A program made the translations under genes and the position numbers. 64,000 bases of DNA from an uncultured Verrucomicrobiae bacterium. GTDB lineage: Bacteria; Verrucomicrobiota; Verrucomicrobiia; Chthoniobacterales; JAATET01. The notes beneath the pieces were generated by a model, which ran no database searches, was not told where the DNA came from, and was given only the letters and a program-made list of their open reading frames with translations. Shown here in pieces: positions 28,956 to 38,153 of the stretch (positions are counted from its first letter, which is position 1; each line of letters starts with the position of its first letter). The stretch covers positions 128,001-192,000 of the forward strand of contig CAVRCI010000011.1 of assembly GCA_963719495.1 (NCBI GenBank), given 5' to 3'.

Positions 28956-30302
28956 TCAGCCGGGTTGGGTTGGTGATTGGCTGGAAGCCAATTCCACGGT
29001 GGTTCGCCAGGTGTCGAGGAGGGTGGCGGGGTCGGGGCTTTCGTCGAAGTCGCGTTGGAGCTGAAGGAGGCCTTGTTGGTGGACGGCGGAGTGGAGGAAC
29101 TTGCGGTCGTTGCGGGCGAAGAAGGCGTTGGCGGTGGTGGACATCGTGGTGGCGATGGGTGGGCCGGGTTCGGCGAGGTATCGGGTCCAGGCTTCGGGCG
29201 CGTCGAGGCTGGTGATGGGGTAGAAAATGTTGAGGAGAATGTCGGTGATGCGCTGGGTGCCGAGGAGGGCGACGGGTTTGGGGAGCGGGGCGGCGGCGAG
29301 GGTGTAGTGGGCGTCCCAGAAGGGGTGGGTGAGGGTGGCGAGGGCGGCTTGGAATTTTTTGGAATCGGCGGCCTCGAGCGCGGACCGAATGGGTTTCCAA
29401 TGGGTCGCAATGGCGTGGAGGGCGGCGAGGCGGCGGTGGGGGTGATTCGCGGGTCGGATGCCGGCGAGGTTCCATTGGGTGGCGGGGAGGACGAGGCGTT
29501 CGAGGCGGGCGCGGTGGTCCCACCAGTCGTCCCAGAGCGCGCGGAGGGCGGTGCGGATCCCGGGGTCCTTCGGGTGGCGGCCGTCGGTGGCGAGGAAGCC
29601 GGCGAGGCCGAAGAGGAGGCCCTCGCCGCCGGGGGCGCGGGCGGCGGCGAGGCTGGCGCGTTGGGCGACGAGCTGGAAGGGGAGTTTGTTGCGCTTGTAG
29701 CCGAGGGCGACGGCGATGGCTTCGAACCAGGCGTTGTCGCGGCCGCGGAGCCGGGCGGCTTCGGCGAGGACGGCGGCTTTGTGGCGGAGGCGGTGGTGGG
29801 CGGCGGCGTGGAGGAGGGCGGAGGCGCGGGCGGGGTCGTCGGTGACGAGGCGGGTGGGTGGGGTCGGGCCGCGGACGGGAGTGTCGGCGTGGAGTTCGAC
29901 CTGGGCGACGTCGCGGTGGGCGGTCGTGCGGGTGAAGCTGCGGGCGGCGGGGCGGCGGAGGAAGACGTGGAGGATGGTGTCGTCGAAGGCGGGGTTGATG
30001 GCGTGGCCGTGGTGGTCCCAGTCGCGGACATCGGTGTCGATCTCGATGGCTCCGCGGCGGGGTGGGTCGTCGCCGAAGCGGACGGTGGCGCCGACGAAGT
30101 CGGGGCCGGCCTCGTGGTTCCAGGTGCCGAATTCGAGGAGTTCGGCGGGGCGTCCGTCGGTGGTGGTCCAGCGGCTGCCGAAGGCTCCGGCGAACCAACG
30201 GGCCTGGATGTCGAGTTCGCCGCCGGTGAGGTCGAGGGGTGGGGTGGTGGCTTCGGCGACGCGGCTGTTTGGATCTAGGAGGGTGGCGGGGTAGTCGATC
30301 AC
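28956..30302 (-). CDS. DUF2851 family protein
   Basis: G.WNHEAGPDF, GAIEID....DW..HGH..NPAF, LGYKRNK.PF, GIRPANHPHRRL. Confidence 0.85.
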   Translation of the reverse strand: MIDYPATLLDPNSRVAEATTPPLDLTGGELDIQARWFAGAFGSRWTTTDGRPAELLEFGTWNHEAGPDFVGATVRFGDDPPRRGAIEIDTDVRDWDHHGHAINPAFDDTILHVFLRRPAARSFTRTTAHRDVAQVELHADTPVRGPTPPTRLVTDDPARASALLHAAAHHRLRHKAAVLAEAARLRGRDNAWFEAIAVALGYKRNKLPFQLVAQRASLAAARAPGGEGLLFGLAGFLATDGRHPKDPGIRTALRALWDDWWDHRARLERLVLPATQWNLAGIRPANHPHRRLAALHAIATHWKPIRSALEAADSKKFQAALATLTHPFWDAHYTLAAAPLPKPVALLGTQRITDILLNIFYPITSLDAPEAWTRYLAEPGPPIATTMSTTANAFFARNDRKFLHSAVHQQGLLQLQRDFDESPDPATLLDTWRTTVELASSQSPTQPG

Positions 30303-30335
30303 TGGGGAGGCGGTGAGGTGAGGAGTGTGAGCCAG

Positions 30336-30363
30336 AGATGCTTCGCTTCGCTCAGCATGACAG
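30336..30363. repeat. Short hairpin intergenic repeat (GATGCTTCGCTTCGCTCAGCATGACA)
   Basis: ATGCT..AGCAT stem around GCTTCGC; a related CGCTT(C/T)GCTC core occurs near 19520, 20815 and 34772. Confidence 0.5.
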
Positions 30364-30395
30364 GGTTGGATGGGCTTTGCCCGACTGCGTCGGGC

Positions 30396-31946
30396 TTAGT
30401 TTAGATCCAAGGCGATTTTGTCCAGGATCGCGGTCTGGGCCGGGGTTCGGAAGTCGCCCAGGGCCTCGGATAGGACCATTTTTGCGGCGGGTTTGTCGTT
30501 GGCTCTTTGGTGGATTTCGATTCGTTCGAGGGCGAGGCGGAAGCGGATGGCGGTGGAGCGCTCCATCCTGGCGGCGGCTTCGAGGGCCTTGATGGCCGGA
30601 CCGTATTTTCGCTCGCCGGCGTAGGCTTGGCCGAGGGCTTCGAGGAACATGGAGTCGCCGGTTTCCTGGGCCAGGGCGCGGAGCTGGTCGGCGGCGTCGG
30701 TGGGATTGTCGCCGCCGGCGAGGACGGCGTTTCGGTATTTTTGCCAATTCGATCGGGCGGGGGCGCCGGGGTTGTCGATCCACTGGGCGTAAGGGCGGTA
30801 GAGCGGGTCGCCGAGGACGATGCCCATCCAGGAGAGCCCGCGCATGGAGGCGTAGGCGGATTCCGCGAGGGTGAGGCCGGTCATGAGGCGGTCCTGGAGG
30901 ACGTCGAAATTCGCGGTGAGGCTCAGGTAGGGTTCGTAGACGTTGCCGACGGTGGCGGCGGCTCCGTGGACCAGAATGGGCGCGGACCAGGTTTTCTTTG
31001 GGTTGCGGAGCGTGCTGGCGCTGAAGGAATGGAGGTGGCAGGCGACGGCTCCGGGGAGAAACGAGAAGCCGCGGGCGGCGAGGGCTCCGGCGACGTTCTG
31101 CGTATACCAACCGTAGTAAACGGCGGCGTCGGTGATGGGGTAACCCGCGGGGAAGATCTCGGGCGAAAAGTCGGAGATCACGGGGATGCCGCGCTGCCGC
31201 ATGGAGCGGGAGACTTCGATGAGCCAATCGTCGCCCTCCTTGTAGCCGCCCGACGTGATGTTGCGGGCGTCGACGTAGGCCCAGCCCCAGAGGCCGGTTT
31301 TCTCGGTGGCGATGGCGTCGTCGATCATCGCGCGCACGGTGTCGGCGGTCGGGGCGTCGAGGCGGCAGACGAGGAGCGGGCTGGCGCCGGGGGGTTGGGC
31401 GAGGATCGGGGTGAGGCGGCGGTAGTAGGGATTCGCGACGACCGAGGGGCGTTCGTCGGTGAGCGCGAAGAGGGCGGCGAGCTCGGAATCGACGGAGGCT
31501 TCGTTGTGTTTGAAGAGGGTGGCGATGGGCGAACCGGGCTTGATCTCGCCGGGTGCGGTGGTGCTTTCGCGGCTGTCGGGCGAAATTTTCAGCGGAACGC
31601 CGCGCATGATGGCGACGAAGCGTTTGCTGGCCGTGGCGACGAATTGGTTGCCGTCGGCACCGCGCTCCCGGGTCCACCAATTCCGGTCGGTGAACGCGCC
31701 GCGGACCGGGGCTTCGATGGTCACGAGGTAGCTGTCGCGCGTGATCTCCTCGTCGGTCGAAACGTTGAGGCCGAGGACCTGGCTGAACGGGATCTCGCGC
31801 CGCTCGGCGTAGTATTTCGCCAGGTCGCGGGATTCGGCGTCGTTGCGGTTGTAGAGGACGATCGTGGCGTCGGACTCGGGGCTCGCGACGGCGAGGCGTG
31901 CGGCTCCGAAGAGGATCAGGGCGACGCGGGCGGCGAGCGCTCTCAC
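30396..31946 (-). CDS. TIGR03790 family protein with C-terminal TPR-like region
   Basis: ASVDSELA, LVCRLD, YYGWY, GAVACHLHSFSA, GNVYEPYL, SWMGIVLGDPLYRP; GTG start overlaps upstream stop. Confidence 0.85.
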   Translation of the reverse strand: MRALAARVALILFGAARLAVASPESDATIVLYNRNDAESRDLAKYYAERREIPFSQVLGLNVSTDEEITRDSYLVTIEAPVRGAFTDRNWWTRERGADGNQFVATASKRFVAIMRGVPLKISPDSRESTTAPGEIKPGSPIATLFKHNEASVDSELAALFALTDERPSVVANPYYRRLTPILAQPPGASPLLVCRLDAPTADTVRAMIDDAIATEKTGLWGWAYVDARNITSGGYKEGDDWLIEVSRSMRQRGIPVISDFSPEIFPAGYPITDAAVYYGWYTQNVAGALAARGFSFLPGAVACHLHSFSASTLRNPKKTWSAPILVHGAAATVGNVYEPYLSLTANFDVLQDRLMTGLTLAESAYASMRGLSWMGIVLGDPLYRPYAQWIDNPGAPARSNWQKYRNAVLAGGDNPTDAADQLRALAQETGDSMFLEALGQAYAGERKYGPAIKALEAAARMERSTAIRFRLALERIEIHQRANDKPAAKMVLSEALGDFRTPAQTAILDKIALDLN

Positions 31947-32731
31947 GGGATTTGAATCGTCAGCCCGTCGTGCGCGAGGCGGATGTCGGGCGGGAGATCG
32001 GCTTCGGTGGCGGCGTGGCCGAGATCGTGGCAGATGTGGGTGAAGTAGGTGCGGCCGGCGTTCATTTCGCGGGCGAAACTGGTGGCCTGCTCGACGGTGA
32101 GGTGGGTCGGGTGCGGCTGGTGGCGGAGGGCGTCGATGATGAGGACGGGGACGTCGCGGGCGGCGGCGATCGCGGGGGGCGGGACGGCGTGGCAATCGGT
32201 GAAGTAGGCGGCGAGCTTGCGGCCGCCGACGGCGAGGACGTAGCCGGTGACGTCGAACCGGCCGTGCGGGAGGGTGACGGGCGTGAGCTCGACGTCGCCG
32301 ATGGTGAAAGGCGCGGTGACCTCGTGGGCGTCGGGGCGGACGTAGCCGGGCCAGGTGTGCTGGGCGGTGAACGCGAATTGAAAAACCCGCCGCAGGTCGG
32401 TGAGCGTCGCGGGGTCGGCGTGGATCGGGATCGTGCCGCCTTCGCTGAAGCGCCGCAGGTCGTCGAATCCCATGACGTGGTCGGTGTGCGAGTGCGTGTA
32501 AACGATGGCGTCCAGGCGCCGGATGCCCTCGCGGAGGACCTGGGTGCGGAAGTCGGGGGGGGTGTCGATGGCGAACGCGGTGGTGGCCGTGCGGACGAAG
32601 GCGGCGGTGCGGGTGCGTTGGTCGCGCGGGTCGTCGGACCGGCAGACGTCGCAGTCGCAATTGATCATGGGAACGCCGTGGGAGGTGCCGGTGCCGAGGA
32701 AGGTGATCGAGAGTGCCGCGGTGCCGTCCAT
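31943..32731 (-). CDS. MBL-fold metallo-hydrolase (PhnP-like)
   Basis: FLGTGTSHGVP..C.C.VC, IDTPPDFR.Q, THSHTDH..G.DD. Confidence 0.9.
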   Translation of the reverse strand: MDGTAALSITFLGTGTSHGVPMINCDCDVCRSDDPRDQRTRTAAFVRTATTAFAIDTPPDFRTQVLREGIRRLDAIVYTHSHTDHVMGFDDLRRFSEGGTIPIHADPATLTDLRRVFQFAFTAQHTWPGYVRPDAHEVTAPFTIGDVELTPVTLPHGRFDVTGYVLAVGGRKLAAYFTDCHAVPPPAIAAARDVPVLIIDALRHQPHPTHLTVEQATSFAREMNAGRTYFTHICHDLGHAATEADLPPDIRLAHDGLTIQIP

Positions 32732-32830
32732 GCCTGGGCGCAAGCTGTCACAGGAACGATGAGGTGTGCAATCGCGCGGATGGGTTTTTGGTCGGGGAAA
32801 TGGGCGGTGCTGAAAATGACGACCCAATAC

Positions 32831-32866
32831 ATTCGCATTGACGAATATGCGCCAAAAGGCATATTT
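32831..32866 (+). promoter_or_regulatory. Putative ArsR operator and promoter
   Basis: ATTCG-N6-CGAAT inverted repeat overlapping TTGACG (-35-like) just upstream of arsR. Confidence 0.55.
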
Positions 32867-32871
32867 GCCCC

Positions 32872-33240
32872 GTGGAATTGATCCGAATCTACGAGTGCCT
32901 GTGCGAGCCGACGCGGCTGCGCATCGTGCATCTGCTGACTCACGAGCCGCTGTGCGTGTGTCATTTCCAGGACGTTCTCGAGCTGCCGCAGACGCAGGTT
33001 TCCCAGCACCTGGCCTACCTGCGCAAGCGCGGGATGGTGGTGACCGAGCGGCGGGGGACGTGGATCATCTACAGTCTGCCGGAGAAACCTTCGCCGGAGT
33101 TGGCGGCGAACCTGAGGTGCCTTCAGGATTGCGTGACGTCGGACCGGTTGTTTCGGGACGATCTGAAGCGGTTGGCGTCGCTGAAGAAATGCGGTGCCGA
33201 CGAGCGGGTGGCGACGCGGGTCGTGGGGGCGGCGCGATGA
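32872..33240 (+). CDS. arsR: ArsR/SmtB family repressor
   Basis: PTRLRI..LL, LCVCH, VSQHLAYLR, R.G.WIIY. Confidence 0.9.
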   Translation: MELIRIYECLCEPTRLRIVHLLTHEPLCVCHFQDVLELPQTQVSQHLAYLRKRGMVVTERRGTWIIYSLPEKPSPELAANLRCLQDCVTSDRLFRDDLKRLASLKKCGADERVATRVVGAAR

Positions 33241-33752
33241 AGCGATTCAAGATCCTGTTTCTTTGCACGGGGAATTCCGCGCGGAGCATTCTGGCCGAGG
33301 CGCTGATGACGAGGCTTGCGCCGGAGCGGTTCGAAGCGTTCAGCGCGGGGAGCGATCCCAGACCCGCTCCGCATCCGCTGGCGCTGCGGGTGCTCGAGGA
33401 AGAGTTTCAGCTGAACGTCGCGTCGGCGCGCAGCAAGTCTTGGGAGGAATTCGAGGACGTGAATTTCGATTTTGTCGTCACGTTGTGCGACAGCGCGCGG
33501 GAGGTTTGTCCGGTGTGGCCGGGGCGTCCGATCCTGGCGCATTGGGGATCGCCGGATCCGGCGGCGGTGCCGGGATCGGAGGCGGAACGGGTGGACGCAT
33601 TCTGGCAGGTGGCGCGGCAGATCCAAAGGCGCCTCGAGCTTCTGACCGCACTCCCCTTCGCGAAGCTCGACGAGCTTCGTCTGGAACTCGAAACCCGGGC
33701 GATCGGCGATCGCGAGTGCTTGGATCCAATGCCCACCTCAAACCCAACCTGA
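33237..33752 (+). CDS. arsC: LMW-PTP family arsenate reductase
   Basis: LFLCTGNSARS, SAGS, VTLCD....CP.WPG, HWG.PDP. Confidence 0.85.
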   Translation: MKRFKILFLCTGNSARSILAEALMTRLAPERFEAFSAGSDPRPAPHPLALRVLEEEFQLNVASARSKSWEEFEDVNFDFVVTLCDSAREVCPVWPGRPILAHWGSPDPAAVPGSEAERVDAFWQVARQIQRRLELLTALPFAKLDELRLELETRAIGDRECLDPMPTSNPT

Positions 33753-33756
33753 CACC

Positions 33757-34233
33757 ATGAAATTATCCGAATTCCACCAAACCCTGACCGATCACCCCGA
33801 CGCGAACCTGGCATTTATCCTTCCCGGCGGTGGCTCGGTCCCGTCGCACGCGCACGTGACCGAAGTCGGGCGGACTCTGAAGACTTTCGTGGATTGCGGT
33901 GGGAAAACGCGTCAGCAGGCCTTCGTCTCCCTGCAGGTCTGGGTGGCGCACGACACGGACCACCGGCTGCCGGCGGCCAAGCTTGGGGTCATCATCGAGC
34001 AAGCTGGATCGATCCTGGGGAGCGACGATCCGGAGGTGCAGGTCGAGTGTCAGGAGAATTCCATCTCGCTCTTCGCGGTCGATGGGGTGCGCGTCGTGGA
34101 CGGGACGCTCGCCTTCAGCTTGGCAAACAAGCGGACGGCCTGTCTGGCGATGGACGTTTGTTTGCCGGACGGCGAGGGGGGAGCCGACTCGTCCGTCGAG
34201 AGCGGCTGCGGCGAAGGCACCGGTTGCTGCTAG
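33757..34233 (+). CDS. DUF6428-like protein with C-terminal Cys cluster
   Basis: HVTEVG....FVDCGG..R, QVWVA.D..HRL, TACLA..C, terminal GCC. Confidence 0.75.
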   Translation: MKLSEFHQTLTDHPDANLAFILPGGGSVPSHAHVTEVGRTLKTFVDCGGKTRQQAFVSLQVWVAHDTDHRLPAAKLGVIIEQAGSILGSDDPEVQVECQENSISLFAVDGVRVVDGTLAFSLANKRTACLAMDVCLPDGEGGADSSVESGCGEGTGCC

Positions 34234-34256
34234 GTCGCTTGAACTCGCCAACCGTC

Positions 34257-34706
34257 ATGAAGCCGACCGTCCTCATTCTTTGCACCGGGAATTCCTGCCG
34301 TAGCCACATGGCGGAGGGGGTTCTACGGGCGGCGGCGGGCGATCTCGTCGAGGTGCGAAGCGCGGGGTCGAAGCCCGCGGGATTCGTTCACCCATTGGCG
34401 ATCCGGGTGATGGCGGAGATCGGGATCGATTTGGCGGATCACCGGTCGAAGCATCTGGACGAATACCTCGAGGCGGGTGTTGCGACGGTCATCACGGTGT
34501 GCGGGAACGCCGACGCGGCGTGCCCGGTGTTTCCGGGTCAGATTCGGCGCTACCATTGGGGCTTCGACGATCCGGCGCACGCGACGGGGAGCGACGAGGA
34601 GGTGCTGGCGGAATTCGTGAGAGTGCGGGATCAGATCCGGCTGGTTTTTGGGGCTTATGCGGCTGGGTTGCGGGAGGCGGCCGGGTTGCGGGAGGCGGTG
34701 GGGTGA
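34257..34706 (+). CDS. arsC: LMW-PTP family arsenate reductase, second copy
   Basis: [37 protein letters not shown]. Confidence 0.88.
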   Translation: MKPTVLILCTGNSCRSHMAEGVLRAAAGDLVEVRSAGSKPAGFVHPLAIRVMAEIGIDLADHRSKHLDEYLEAGVATVITVCGNADAACPVFPGQIRRYHWGFDDPAHATGSDEEVLAEFVRVRDQIRLVFGAYAAGLREAAGLREAVG

Positions 34707-34730
34707 GGCGCCGTTATGGGTGACAGTCAC

Positions 34731-34793
34731 GGCTCGGCGGGAGCGTTGTCGGAGAGTTTCCCGACTGTCTCCGCTTCGCTCCGGCTGCCCTCC
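34731..34793. repeat. REP-A copy interrupted by an insert of about 40 bp
   Basis: GGCTCGGCGGGAGC + insert + GCCCTCCGGG. Confidence 0.7.
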
Positions 34794-34827
34794 GGGTTTT
34801 TGGGGGCCTCCGGCGGCGGAGTGCGGG

Positions 34828-35754
34828 TCAGCGGAAGCGTTCGTTCAAGAGGTTGGCGAGGCGGTAGCCGGCTAGAGTGACTCGTTTTTCGGCGATGGTG
34901 CGGGCGGGTTCGACGTAGTCGGACGTGAGGAGGACCGGGTTGGTATCGGGGCCGCCGGGGAGTTTGCCGTAGCCGGTGTCGAAGCCGATCTCGTGGCTCT
35001 CGGCGACCCATTCCTCCGGCGTGGCGGGTTGGCCGAGGGTGGCGGCGGGATATTTTTTCTCGAATTCCGTGGCTTTCTCGCGGACGAGGTCCATGGCTTT
35101 GAGGTGGCCTTCGACGGGCGCGTCGCGGGAGTAGAGCGGCGCGGCGAAGAGGCCGGTCACCCCGGTTCCATCCCCGGTCATGCCGGCGCGGTAGCCGATG
35201 TCCCAGAACCAATGGAGGTTGCCCTCGCTGTTGAAGATGGCGAGCTCGGGGTCGATGAGGTTGGGGATTTTTACCATGTTGCCGCCGCGATCGTCGTTGT
35301 TGCTGGTGGTGTGGAGCGGCTGGTGGACGTCGCCGACGAGGTGGGTGAGCATGACGAGAGCGCGGTCGCGGTCGACCTTCGAGTCGGTGGCCCGGCCGTC
35401 GATGATGGCGAGGCATTTTTTGATGGCCCAGAGGACGTTGACCTCGGATTCGGGCGGGAGCGGGAGGCCTTCGCGGGTGAACGGGAGGTTGATGTAGTGC
35501 CAGGCGTTGTAGTCCCGGGTCTCACCGCGAATGTCGTCCATGTAGCAGCCGGCGACGACGAAGGTGTATTCGGATTTCTCGCGCCGATTGAAGTCGGCGA
35601 TGGACTTGTCGACCTTCGTTTTCGCGGCGGGGGTCAGGTTGTCGTAGGCGATCTGGTTGACGATCATGTGACCGAGGCCGTCCCAGGCGCGGGCGGGCGC
35701 GAGGGCGGTGAGGGCGAGGGTCAGGACGAGGAGGGGAAGGAAGGATCGGCGCAT
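34828..35754 (-). CDS. S1/P1 nuclease, secreted
   Basis: Signal then W...GH, WHYIN, HLVGDVHQPLH, DRGGN, NLHWFWD, LAGYRLA. Confidence 0.93.
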   Translation of the reverse strand: MRRSFLPLLVLTLALTALAPARAWDGLGHMIVNQIAYDNLTPAAKTKVDKSIADFNRREKSEYTFVVAGCYMDDIRGETRDYNAWHYINLPFTREGLPLPPESEVNVLWAIKKCLAIIDGRATDSKVDRDRALVMLTHLVGDVHQPLHTTSNNDDRGGNMVKIPNLIDPELAIFNSEGNLHWFWDIGYRAGMTGDGTGVTGLFAAPLYSRDAPVEGHLKAMDLVREKATEFEKKYPAATLGQPATPEEWVAESHEIGFDTGYGKLPGGPDTNPVLLTSDYVEPARTIAEKRVTLAGYRLANLLNERFR

Positions 35755-35859
35755 GGTTTTATAGGGTGAAGTAGGGGTCGGGTGAGCAATTTGGAAGCCA
35801 CAACCGGCGAGGTTGGAGCTTGTCGGGGACCGGACTTTTGTTTTACGACTCCCTTTCAT

Positions 35860-36525
35860 ATGAAACTCGGTTGGATTTTGGCAGTGGGTGCGATGGTGAC
35901 AATGGTGGGCTGTGCGTCGATGAATCCGACCCTCACTGACGAGGAGCGCGCGATTCTCGGGTTCGACCTCGAGGGGATTCAGCTCGGCGACCAACCCGGC
36001 AAATTGGCCGTCTTCTCGCAGGTCCAACGGGTGCCGATCCAGATCGACGGGATGGACGTTTACGAGATTTACAACCCGATCCCGCAGATCTCGAACATGG
36101 TGGCGTCGTTCTACGAGAACAAACTCCGCAAGCTCGAGATCCGCTATTTCAACGGACCGGGCGTGAATACGCTCACCCGCGCCGGCGGTTGGGTCGGCAT
36201 CCGAAATTACCTGATGGAATCCTACGGTCCGCCTTCACGCTTCGGTGGCGACGTGCCGATCGTGGCCGCGCAGAAGGGCCTGCAGGTGCGCTACGCGAAA
36301 TTCAACGGCGAGTGGATCTTCTCGCGGGTCAATCGCAAGCTGAATTACATCGCGATGTCCGACGACAAGAGCACCGATGGTGTCGGCGTCGTCGTGATCC
36401 AGGACATCTCGCCGCGGCCTCCGGTCGTGCAGCCGATCGACCGGGGCCGGACGACGACGACGGCGGCGGCTGCCCCGACGACGAGCGCGCCGGTGCAGCA
36501 GACTCGGACCGGCCCGGGATTTTGA
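35860..36525 (+). CDS. Hypothetical lipoprotein
   Basis: Lipobox MVGC after a hydrophobic stretch. Confidence 0.7.
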   Translation: MKLGWILAVGAMVTMVGCASMNPTLTDEERAILGFDLEGIQLGDQPGKLAVFSQVQRVPIQIDGMDVYEIYNPIPQISNMVASFYENKLRKLEIRYFNGPGVNTLTRAGGWVGIRNYLMESYGPPSRFGGDVPIVAAQKGLQVRYAKFNGEWIFSRVNRKLNYIAMSDDKSTDGVGVVVIQDISPRPPVVQPIDRGRTTTTAAAAPTTSAPVQQTRTGPGF

Positions 36526-36656
36526 TTCCGCGGAGGAACCCAAATTCGTTGCCCGCCAAGAACGCGAATGACGCGGAAGGGGGGGTGAGGGTCGACGTCG
36601 TCAGCCTCCGGGTGCGGGAACCGGCACCTTCTCCCCACAACGCTGGCCCGTATCCC

Positions 36657-36680
36657 GGAGGGCGAGGCTCCCGCCGAGCC
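36657..36680 (+). repeat. REP family A copy
   Basis: GGAGGGCGAGGCTCCCGCCGAGCC, intergenic. Confidence 0.85.
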
Positions 36681-36794
36681 AACGCAGACCTGAGGATGAC
36701 CATCATGAAAGATTGGGGGCCCGCAGTCTAATTCAGGCTCCGGATTCGCGTTCATTCGCGTCCATTCGCGGTTCCCAAGCGCATTGATCCGCTG

Positions 36795-38153
36795 ATGAAT
36801 CGGAATATCCCGCTCTTCGTGGCGTTCCGTGTGTTGTTCAACGCGCGGTTCTACTACCCGATTCTCGGCGTCCTCTTCCTCGATCTCGGACTCACCCTCG
36901 AGCAATACGCTCTGCTCAACGTCGTGTGGGCGGTCACCATCGTGACGCTCGAAATCCCGTCCGGCGCGCTCGCCGACGTGATCGGTCGCAAGCGGATGGT
37001 CGTGATGGCGGCGGGCCTCATGGTGGTGGAGCTGGCGATCTTCAGCTTTGCGCCAACCGGGACTGCGGATCTGCTTTTCTGGTTGCTGGTGATCAATCGC
37101 GTTCTCAGCGGCGCGGCGGAGGCTTCGGCGAGCGGGGCGGACGAGGCATTGGCCTACGATTCGCTGCCGCCGGAGGACCGGGAGGAAGGCTGGCCGACGG
37201 TGTTGGAATCGCTCACTCGCTGGCAATCGGGCGCTTTCTTCGTGGCAATGGTCGCGGGCGGGGCGCTCTACGACGCGGAATTCATCGGCGGAGTCGCGGA
37301 GTGGTTTGGCTCGGGCTGGCGACCCGCGGCGGCGGACGTGGCGCGGTGGCCGGTCTTCGTGACGTTCGCGATGTCGATCGGGTGCTTCCTCGTGGCGCTG
37401 GCGATGCGGGAGGTGGGCGTTTCGGACGGGGACGGCGCGCTGGGTGAAGATCACGGCTCGGCGGAGCCTCGCCCTCCGGGATCTGGGGGCCTCCGGCGGA
37501 TGAGGTTGGCCGTCGCCAACGTTTGGGCCGGGGCGCGCTTTGTCGTGACCGACCGGCGGATTCTGCTCGTGCTGCTTGCGGCGGTCGTTTGCGACAGCCT
37601 TGTGCGGTTGTTCATGACGTTTGAAAGCAATTACCTGCGGCTGATTCTCCTACCCGAAGTGTTGTTCGGTGTCATCGGCGCGGGCATGGCGCTGCTCGGA
37701 TTCGTGGCGGCACCCGTAGCGCGGAAAATGGTGCGGGGCGGCTCGGCGCCGCGCAATTTTGCCGTACTCGGTGGACTGATGCTCGCCGGCCTGATCGCCG
37801 TGGCGTTCGCGGTCCCGCGTTGGGGCGTGCTCGCCGTCCTCCCGCTCGGCGCCGCTTTCCCGATGCTGAGTTTCTTCGTCTCGCACTACCTCAACTCCTG
37901 GACCGCCTCGGAACTCCGCGCCACGGTCCTGAGCTTCCGCGGGGTGGCGTTCAACCTGGCTTACGGCGCGGCGGGGCTGCTCTTCGCCGCGCTCACCGGG
38001 CGATTGCGATCGGCTGCGCCGGATGCGAGCGAGAACGCCGTGTTCGCCGACGCGATCCTCTGGTTGCCCGGGACGTTTGTTGTCGTGGCGGCGGCGGTCG
38101 GCGGGTTTGCGCTCGCGTCGCGGGGGCGGATCGCGAAAAGTCGCCGGGAATGA
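36795..38153 (+). CDS. MFS transporter with a REP-derived insert in its central loop
   Basis: LEIPSGALADVIGRKR, SGADEALAYDSL, RATVLSF; REP-A at 37455-37477. Confidence 0.88.
   Translation: MNRNIPLFVAFRVLFNARFYYPILGVLFLDLGLTLEQYALLNVVWAVTIVTLEIPSGALADVIGRKRMVVMAAGLMVVELAIFSFAPTGTADLLFWLLVINRVLSGAAEASASGADEALAYDSLPPEDREEGWPTVLESLTRWQSGAFFVAMVAGGALYDAEFIGGVAEWFGSGWRPAAADVARWPVFVTFAMSIGCFLVALAMREVGVSDGDGALGEDHGSAEPRPPGSGGLRRMRLAVANVWAGARFVVTDRRILLVLLAAVVCDSLVRLFMTFESNYLRLILLPEVLFGVIGAGMALLGFVAAPVARKMVRGGSAPRNFAVLGGLMLAGLIAVAFAVPRWGVLAVLPLGAAFPMLSFFVSHYLNSWTASELRATVLSFRGVAFNLAYGAAGLLFAALTGRLRSAAPDASENAVFADAILWLPGTFVVVAAAVGGFALASRGRIAKSRRE

Noticed and set aside
28946..30031. Pro/Ser/Thr-rich 361-aa ORF and similar long Arg/Pro-rich ORFs across the window
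   Set aside because: Off-frame or antisense shadows of real genes caused by high-GC codon bias
31947..32660. N-terminal extension of the 754-aa ORF (similarly for ORFs 45514-47052, 45457-46815 and 11147-14782)
   Set aside because: The extensions overlap other well-supported genes or repeats; starts were moved to motif-supported positions
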